Below the pieces are notes generated by a model that worked only from the letters and a program-made list of their open reading frames with translations, made no database searches and had not been told where the DNA came from. A stretch of 64,000 bases of DNA from Octopus vulgaris (lineage: Eukaryota), in the NCBI GenBank assembly GCA_951406725.2, contig OX597827.1, positions 25,482,001 to 25,546,000 on the forward strand, read 5' to 3'. Below are positions 55,993-64,000 of the stretch, piece by piece; the stretch's first letter is position 1; each line of letters starts with the position of its first letter. A program made the position numbers and the translations under genes.

Positions 55993-58437
55993 GAGTGTGT
56001 GTGTGTGTGTGCATCCACAATGTCTGTATGCATGTGTGTAACAAATCCTAAGTCAGAACTGACATTTACATATTACAAAACTCGCCGTAGCTTAAACAAC
56101 AATAAGACTTTAAGCAGAGTATTTGTGTAATTCTTCAGGGCGGGATCTGGTGTGATGCAGAAGGACTAACCCACAGTATAGTTTTTAAAATCTCTACCTG
56201 ACTCTCGTTCTTTTAAAGATCAATGGCAGGATGAACGCCTAATATTATTTGCGCAAAGTTAAGATTACTAGATTGATCGATACTTCAATTAAAGATAGTT
56301 ACATGATGCGGTGTAAAAAAATTCCCTGTTTAATTTATTTAAACATAAAACTTGTTTTGTTTCACAACTATTTACTTGGCATTCTATTCTATGGAACATT
56401 TAAAGAGAAAAGAATGATAATCGCAGTATTAAACATTCGGTTTTGGAAAGGGTCAATCGTAAGAAACCAATATTATACTGTCGATCTTCACTACCAGACT
56501 ATTTTTATCCTCATATGAAAGTCCATATCTATATTCATGCCGCTTATACCCTTGAGAATGTTCGATTCTCTTAATACCACAAACTTCATGGTTACTTATG
56601 AAAATTTTATCTGAAGGTATGTTTCGCAGCATTAAGTTTTCGGTAAACCGAGTTATCCATCCGATATTTGTTTTTAAGCTGCAACCATTTTGTTGTATCC
56701 AAGGTCCGTTAACAATATTTGAATATTGCAAGTGTATTTACAGTATGTTGTCTTTCCCTGTTATATTTCATGCCTAACCACAAACATCTTATGGTCGATA
56801 AAACATGAACTATGAAGGATTGTGGTCAAATCGTTTAGTACCAGAGGTAACACTCACCTACTCCACTAGATAGGTATCGGAAAATATATTAGATGTGTAA
56901 AAACTGACGGTGTAAGAAGAGAAAAGCAATTATTTATTTAAATGTTATATTGATGATAAAGACTTCAATAAAGGTGTAATAGAGATTATCAATATTAAAA
57001 ACACAAGAAAATGACTTAAATTACACAATATATGTGAAATGCTGTCTTCAGATATGGTATTGCTATGGAAACGAAAGAGGCGAAGCTTAGATTAATGAGA
57101 CTAAGAGAACTTGAAAGATGTGTGGCCTTAAATGTGAAAGCCTTATCAAGCGTTTCTTACTTTCTTCTCCTTTGCTTGATCCTCTGTTGCGTCTCTTTAT
57201 TTTAAGTTCTTTCGCTCCGCTGGAGACTGTAACATCTCCCTATCTGTAGAACGTGCTGAAAAGGAACTGTTATAACGTGACATTAATTGTCTATCGAAGC
57301 ATAAAAGATCAGAACCATCGTCTATATTCCTGTACGGAAGATAACCACAATGGTCATTGAAGCATGATGATAATGAGACTTGCTTCTTCAGAACGATATC
57401 GAACACGCTAGCTTTCAGGTAGATTTGCTACAAGCATCTATTTCCTCGGTTGAATGATACTTCAAGTTTTTGACACATATCTTCCAATAAACATCTTGTT
57501 CTGGTTCTCTTACATTACAAGAATAAACAGTTCGCATGTGATTGATGTACATGTGAAGCGTAAGTGAGAATGTTTTAGAAATATATTTATGTCCATATAA
57601 AATTTAGCAATACAGCTTTTAAGTCTGAACATAAACACAACATGATATAACATAACAACATGCTTTATCGTAAATCTATAATAAAATAGAAAATAGAAAC
57701 AGTTTAAACAGTTCAACTTAAAATCACAACAAAACACTTCACACATTTAAATCGTGGTTTTTCGATATTTGCAGTTTGTAGTTTGTTGCAGTAAACGATA
57801 ACATTTTTCTATATTTGCACTCCATTTGAATAATTTAATATTTTCCACTCGCCTAGGTTAGCTAGGTAGATTTTAGATCGCGAGATTTAGTTTGATAAAT
57901 AAACATTGAAAGAAATAAGTATGATCTTCCTGTAAATGATTCCTAAGTGTCAAGTAAATCTGTTATCTTAATCGGGATATTTGATAATGGTACAGTCAAA
58001 ATCTAATCTCTTCCACATTTCAAACAAACGCCGAAACGTATATAGATTAGTATATCACAGGCAAATTTAATTCTGAAAAAGTGCATGAGTATGTCACCTT
58101 CTGTATATAATTCACATATATCATGAATGTTAACGTTCGCTTTTATTTTTTTACTCGAACAGGGAAAAATTCTATAGTGTTCCACAACATCTAAGCATCT
58201 ATAAAAATGTAATTATCATGTCTAAAACCGAAAACGCCTCTGGGAAAAAAAATCCTTTAAAATGGTATCCGCGTAAAATACTACGGCAGTTACTCCTATA
58301 GGATTCTAAACAGAATTTAGCAACTACCTATTCTATTTTTATATATATATATGTATCTATGCATACATAAACACTACACTCTCATTGCACACTAACACAC
58401 ATGTGCATAAACATGCACACGCATAGATAAACACACA

Positions 58438-58496
<59 letters not shown>

Positions 58497-60217
58497 TCAC
58501 ACATATATGTACCTATATTTATATGCATACACTTACATAAACATGAACAGAGCATAGAAAAGAGGAAAAATGAAAAGCAAAGTACGATCTCAAAAGATAA
58601 ATAGGTTGCTATAGAAAATAACTCGACCTATTCATGTTTATTAAACTATTTCAAAAACACTTCCCACACATTCACATATATCACAAAATCTCGAGCAAAA
58701 ACACACGAAACTTTTACAAAAAACAATTTCTAGCTGATATCAGATAATCCTTATTGTTCCAAACTTTCAACCCAGGCAGATATTTCTCTTTTCTCAGTTT
58801 CTCATTCTTGTAAGAGAAACAAAACAACTTCCAATTCTCTTGCGGTAAAATGTATGTGAAAATAACAAATATATTTTTGCTACAGGAAACAGCAACTCTA
58901 CTGCCATGTCTTGCATATGCCTATCGGCTAGGCTCGGCTAAGACCTTTCTAAATCGACTTCTTAAACCGTACACTGATCCGTGATCCTAATAAGAATTCA
59001 CTAGATCATACTATTTTCTTAAACGATATTTCATGAACAAAAGAAAAAAAAATTCCATTTTCTCGATCCAACTCTTTCGAGATACTTTGCTACAACTTAA
59101 AAATGCTCAACAAGCCTCTCAAGCTAATTTCCTTATGTAAGAGGGATTGAACATTCGCAGGTACTGATGGTATTTTCAAATTGGTGATTCACTCTCTCTA
59201 AACAAATTAGAGATTAAAGACACATCACCTCCACAAGACGTTCGCTATAACCAAGCTGAGTTTACGCTATTAATTCCACAAATTTTAGTTACATTAACTT
59301 AGTCAAAACTACACACTTCAACGTTAGAAATAAAAAGATTCTGGCAAAGATCGCTTATATTTTAACAGCGAAACGACCTCTAAACTTGTACACTGCCGCT
59401 TCACATCGTGAAGATAAACTGATACATTCTTTTCTACTCTAGGCACAAGGCACCCAATCTTTTTTTTTGGCGGGATCCCAGTTGATTAGATCGATTCAGT
59501 ACGCAACTGGTACTTAATTTATCGACCCCTAAAGGATGAAAGGCAGGGTTGACCTCGGCGGAATTTGAACTCAGAACGTAAAGACAGACGAAATACCGTT
59601 AAGCATTTCGCCCTGTGTGCTAAGGACTCTGCTAGCTCGCCGCCTTCATAGACTGATATGTTACAGGTTTTTCTTTTGTAATATTAATAACACTCTCTCC
59701 CCATTTGAAGGCGACGAGTTGGCACATTGTTAACACGTGGGACAAAATGCCTAGCAACATTTCGTCCGTCTTCACATTCGGAGTTCAAATTCCACCAAGG
59801 TCGACTTAGCCTTTCATGCTTGCGGGTTGGATAATAAGAGTACCAATTAAGCACTGGCGTCAATGTAAACGTCTTACCTCGACTTTGCTGGCGTTGTGTC
59901 ACTAATTCAAATCAATATCACGCACCAATTTGAAGATGATGAGGCGGTATTTAGTCCGTCATTACAATCCTAGTTCAAAGTCACCAACTGTTGCCTTTTC
60001 CGGTCAATAAAATAAGTACCACTTGTACACTGGGGCCAATGTAATCGACTTACCTCCTTCCCCAAAATTGCTGGCCTTGTGGCAAAGTTTGAAACCAATA
60101 TTTCTTAATACTTGTCCCTCATGTTTTGCCTTTATCCTTGCTTTCATTATGATCATGTCTTTCACAATACACGTATGTATGTCTGTATGTATGTATGTAT
60201 GTCTCTCTCTCTCTTCC

Positions 60218-60253
<36 letters not shown>

Positions 60254-60809
60254 TACATACACACATATATATATATCTGTATATACACATACATACATTT
60301 ATATATATGTGTGTGTGTGTGTGTATGTGTTGGCACAGCTGTAGCTGTGAGGTAAGATGTGTACTTCTCGACATGGTTACGAGTTCAGTCCCACAGCGTG
60401 ACAGATTGAGCAAACTGTTCACTTCTATAGTCTTGGGCCAACCAAATACTCGTGAGTGGAGTGGATTTGATAGTCTGTAACTGAAAGAATCTCATCGTAC
60501 GTGAACGTCAGTGTGTGTGTGTGGATGTATACATGTATGTGTGTGGATGTATACATGTATGTGTGTGGATGTATACATGTGTGGGTGTTTGTCATTAACA
60601 CTGCTTCACAATCGACATTGGTATCTTTATATCTGCATAACTTAGCGGTTCAGCAAAGAACAAGGGCCAGATTCAAAAATTAAAAGGATGGAAAAATAGC
60701 CAGTTCAGTCGATTCGTTCCACTAAAATTCCGCAATGTGGTGCCCCTGCATGGCTGCAGTCTTATGACTGAAAGAAGTAAATATATATACATACATACAG
60801 ATATTCATA

Positions 60810-60939
<130 letters not shown>

Positions 60940-61134
60940 GAATATGAGAGGTTTAGTTCACTGGTGATCTAAACGAATAGGCACGCTGCCTAAGCTCTAT
61001 AATTGGTCATACGTTAGATTCCAAGTTCACAGCTGAGGCTGGAGCTTAGGATCCGTAGTAGGCCACCGAGTGAGCAGGTATATTTTAGAGGAAGGAAAAC
61101 AACAAAAACAAAGGCGGGACGAGTATCTCAAGTC

Positions 61135-61162
<28 letters not shown>

Positions 61163-61165
<3 letters not shown>

Positions 61166-61362
61166 ATGTGACAGTTAGTTGGTTGTCATAATTGCGTTTT
61201 GTCTTAATAACTGATGAGATGTCGGAGCAGGCTTCAGCCCCGGTATCCGAAACTCTGAATTTTATTATGACAACCAACTAATTGTCACATATATTTATAG
61301 ATAAATTCCTCTATTTTACATAATATCGAGGTCTCATTCATTCTTTTGTTGTCATATTATTA
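61163..61362 (+). mobile_element. Family C repeat with its best-preserved hammerhead (61201-61271)
   Basis: GTCTTAATAA-CTGATGA-GATGTCGG..CCGGTATC-c-GAAA-CTC t GAA-TT-TTATTATGAC. A 29-bp inverted copy pairs 61164-61192 with ~61264-61292. Confidence 0.72.
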
Positions 61363-61487
61363 ATATATATATATATATGCACATATACAGATATATATGT
61401 GTATACATGTACATATATATATACACATATATATGCATATAGATATACATACATACATACATGCATACATACATACATACATACATA

Positions 61488-62780
61488 CAAGGGGCGTTCA
61501 ATAAGTAATGCCCCTGACCCACTTCCCATAGCAGTAGAGCAACGAAACTTGGCACAGTTATTAGTCTTTTTCTACATAGGAACCACCCAGAGTTACGCGT
61601 TTCTCCCATCGTTTGATGCATCGCTGGAGACCGTTTTTGTAGAAGACCCCAGCTTGGTCCTCCAACCACGACGTGACTTTAGAAATCAAGGCTGCATCAT
61701 CTGTGAAATGCTTTCCTTTCAAAAACAACTTCATGGCTGGGAAAAGGTGAAAATCAGAGGGTGCAAGGTCAGGAGCGTAGGGGGGATGGGGGAGGAGTTC
61801 ATAGCAGCACGCCTGTGCTTCTGATCTGGCGACACGCGAGTTGTGGACCGGAGTGTTGTCCTGCAGGAGGAGGATGCCTTTGCTGATCTTGCCCCACCTC
61901 TTGATTTTGATAGCTTCTCTTAATTTCCTCAAAAGTGAAGCATAATAGGCTCCTGTAATTGTGGTACCCTTTGCCAGGAAATCTGTCATCACTACTCCGT
62001 CCTGGTCCCAGAAGACTGTGAGCATGACCTTACCAGCGGAGGGCTTTACCCTTGCATTCTTTGGAGGAGGTGAGTCACGGTGCTTCCACTGCATTGACTG
62101 GGCTTTGGTCTCTGAATCATAGTGATGGACCCAGGTTTCATCCTGTGTAATCAGTCTTTTGAAAAATTTTGACTCATCTTCTTGGCACATCTCCAAATTC
62201 ATCCTCGAGCACTCGACGCGTTCTTGCTTCTGGAAAGGTGTGAGCAACCTGAGAATCCATCTGGCAGACACCTTTTGCATATGCAAATGGTCATGAATGA
62301 TAGTTTCCACAGACCCGGTACTAATCTTGACCTCATGAGCTATTTGGCGAATAGTTATGCATCGATCTTCCAAAATGGCAGCCTCAACTTGACGCACAGA
62401 TGCCTCATCAATGGCAGAAGGGGGGTGACCAGATCTGGGAGCTGTTTCCACAGAGTTCCGACCATGTTTGAATTCACGATGCCAGCGTTTTACAAGGTCA
62501 TATGATGGGGCATCATCACCATCAGTTACTTTCATTTCATCAAAAGTCTCCTGTGGTGTGCTTCCTTTCAAATACAAAAATCGGATCACTGCTCGACACT
62601 CAACAGGCTCCGTTTCACACTTGACTCAGTTCAAACACCTGTAAATCAGAAACCACAATTAGCTCAGAGCTGTAATTTGCCACTTAATCTATAGAGATAT
62701 ACATAATTGCACATGCAAACTTTCAGCTAGATCAAACAACTGCAAGTGGGTCAGAGGCATTACTTATTGAACGTCCCTCG
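61488..62780 (-). mobile_element. Full-length mariner transposon (1293 bp) with a TA target-site duplication
   Basis: ~37-bp TIRs C(A/G)AGGG(G/A)CGTTCAATAAGTAATGCC(C/T)CTGACCCACTT, with TA at 61486-87 and 62781-82, inside a (CATA)n tract. Confidence 0.96.
61561..62613 (-). CDS. Mariner DD34D transposase, open frame but the start codon reads ACG
   Basis: TQDETWVH / LQDNTPVH / YAPDLAPSDFHLF, with exactly 34 residues between the last two Asp. No internal stops. An in-frame ACG at 62613 sits where the ATG is expected. Confidence 0.9.
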   Translation of the reverse strand, partial: TEPVECRAVIRFLYLKGSTPQETFDEMKVTDGDDAPSYDLVKRWHREFKHGRNSVETAPRSGHPPSAIDEASVRQVEAAILEDRCITIRQIAHEVKISTGSVETIIHDHLHMQKVSARWILRLLTPFQKQERVECSRMNLEMCQEDESKFFKRLITQDETWVHHYDSETKAQSMQWKHRDSPPPKNARVKPSAGKVMLTVFWDQDGVVMTDFLAKGTTITGAYYASLLRKLREAIKIKRWGKISKGILLLQDNTPVHNSRVARSEAQACCYELLPHPPYAPDLAPSDFHLFPAMKLFLKGKHFTDDAALISKVTSWLEDQAGVFYKNGLQRCIKRWEKRVTLGGSYVEKD

Positions 62781-62807
62781 TACATACATACATATATATA
62801 TATATCG

Positions 62808-63775
62808 GAACTCCACCGATTCAATTTTGACATCGTATCTCTCAGTGAAACCCGGAGAGCCGGAGAAGGCCGGCTGAGAGAAGAAGGCGGTCAATACACC
62901 TTTTTCTGGAAAGGTTACGATCCCGACCACCAACGGATCCATGGTGTGGGTATTGCAATACGAAACACCATCCTATCGAAACAGACAGAGCAGCCTATTG
63001 GAATGTCCGCACGACTCATGACCCTCCGAATCCAGCTTGTCAAAAGTCAGCACGCAACTATCATCAGTGCGTATGCTCCCATCCTTGACGCGGAGGATTT
63101 AGTCAAGGAGGAGTTTTACAGCCAACTCGACAGCATTCTCTCTACCGTCCCAAAGGACGACAAGATCATTCTCCTGGGAGATTTCAACGCCAGAGTTGGG
63201 AGAGATCGTGAACTCTGGACAGGAACCATCGGAAAGGAAGGAGTGGGAAAAGTCAATGCCAATGGAACTCTGCTACTCAACAAATGTGCTGAACATAACC
63301 TGGTGATAACCAACACCCTTTTTCGCCAGAAGAATCGATATAAGGTCTCACGGCAGCATCCAAGATCGAAACAATGGCATCTCATCGACTATATCATCGT
63401 GAGATCCCGAGACCAGCAAGATGTGTTGCTCACCAGAGCCGCCACTGGAGCAGATGAGTGCTGGACAGATCATCGCCTCATCGCCTCCACCATGAAAATC
63501 AAACTCCGACCAAAAGTGAAGTATCACAGCAAGGAAAGCAGAGTAAAGAAATTCAACATCGAAGCACTGCAAGACCCAAAAACTCGTGTTGCTCTACAGG
63601 TCAATCATCAAAATTAGACTCCAAACCATCTCGTCGAAGAAAATTGGAACCAGCTGAAAGAAACCATCATCACCGCTTGCGAAGAAACCATCGGCCGCAA
63701 GAAAAGGAAACACCAGGACTGGTTCAACGACAATGATGAAGCTCTCAAAGAACTGGTCGACCAAAGGAGGAGGTA
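62808..63775 (+). pseudogene. RTE-clade LINE fragment: APE endonuclease domain
   Basis: DIVSLSETR..YTFFWKG..GVGIAI..RLM..IISAYAP..LLGDFNARVG..NTLF..HPRSKQWHLIDYIIV..TDHRLI. A frameshift occurs near 63610 and the fragment ends before the RT. Confidence 0.93.
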
Positions 63776-63832
63776 ATAAATACTAGATTAGCAAGAATAA
63801 TCTGAACGCTAAAAGGTTAATATCAGACCTTG

Positions 63833-63935
63833 TTTTTTTCTTTCCTTCTCGCGCCACGCCTGGCTCATAAGGACCGGTTTCCCGGTTTCCTTGGCGTATA
63901 GGTTCCCCACCTGGACGGGATGCCGGTCCATCTAC
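63833..63935. repeat. Probable SINE 3' fragment
   Basis: A GC-rich segment GCGCCACGCCTGGCTCA..CCCCACCTGGACGGGATGCCGGTCC follows a T-run. It is recognised by resemblance only. Confidence 0.4.
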
Positions 63936-64000
63936 AAGCTGGGAGGTGATTTTGTCCAACACCAGCTCCACCAACTCTTGGTCAAAATCTGGACAAATGA

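Noticed and set aside
55100-57450. Possible ancient pogo/Tigger transposase on the minus strand
   Set aside because: Only faint resemblance (e.g. NIGWITRF), with no catalytic motif or TIR identifiable by eye. A profile search is needed.
60517-60583. 22-bp unit repeated three times, and short duplications at ~40448-40505 and ~50021-50060
   Set aside because: Ordinary slippage duplications in low-complexity sequence.

Overview
This is AT-rich, microsatellite-dense eukaryotic DNA, intergenic or intronic, with no recognisable host exon. The SINE, Penelope and mariner families and the repeat landscape look like an octopus (coleoid cephalopod) genome; this is recognition, not a database result. 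Most ORFs in the supplied track are translations of (TA)n, (CA)n or (CATA)n repeats. The supportable content is mobile DNA: a near-intact DD34D mariner (61488-62780), a decayed mariner, a decayed Tc1, an RTE LINE endonuclease fragment, a Helitron helicase fragment, a complete mini-Helitron, Penelope-like RT and GIY-YIG fragments, probable R4/Dong remnants, many tRNA-derived SINEs and a degenerate initiator tRNA-Met. Two things stand out. First, at least four unrelated short non-coding repeat families carry type I hammerhead ribozyme folds, most copies beside (TA)n tracts and three families in tandem and/or inverted arrangement. Two loci have hammerheads 365 nt and 503 nt apart, so they could release retrozyme-like monomers or circular RNAs. 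Second, a ~2.0 kb ORF1-only (CCHC knuckle) retroelement splits a SINE head with a target-site duplication, next to the tRNA-iMet. All RNA folds were paired by eye and no activity is demonstrated.
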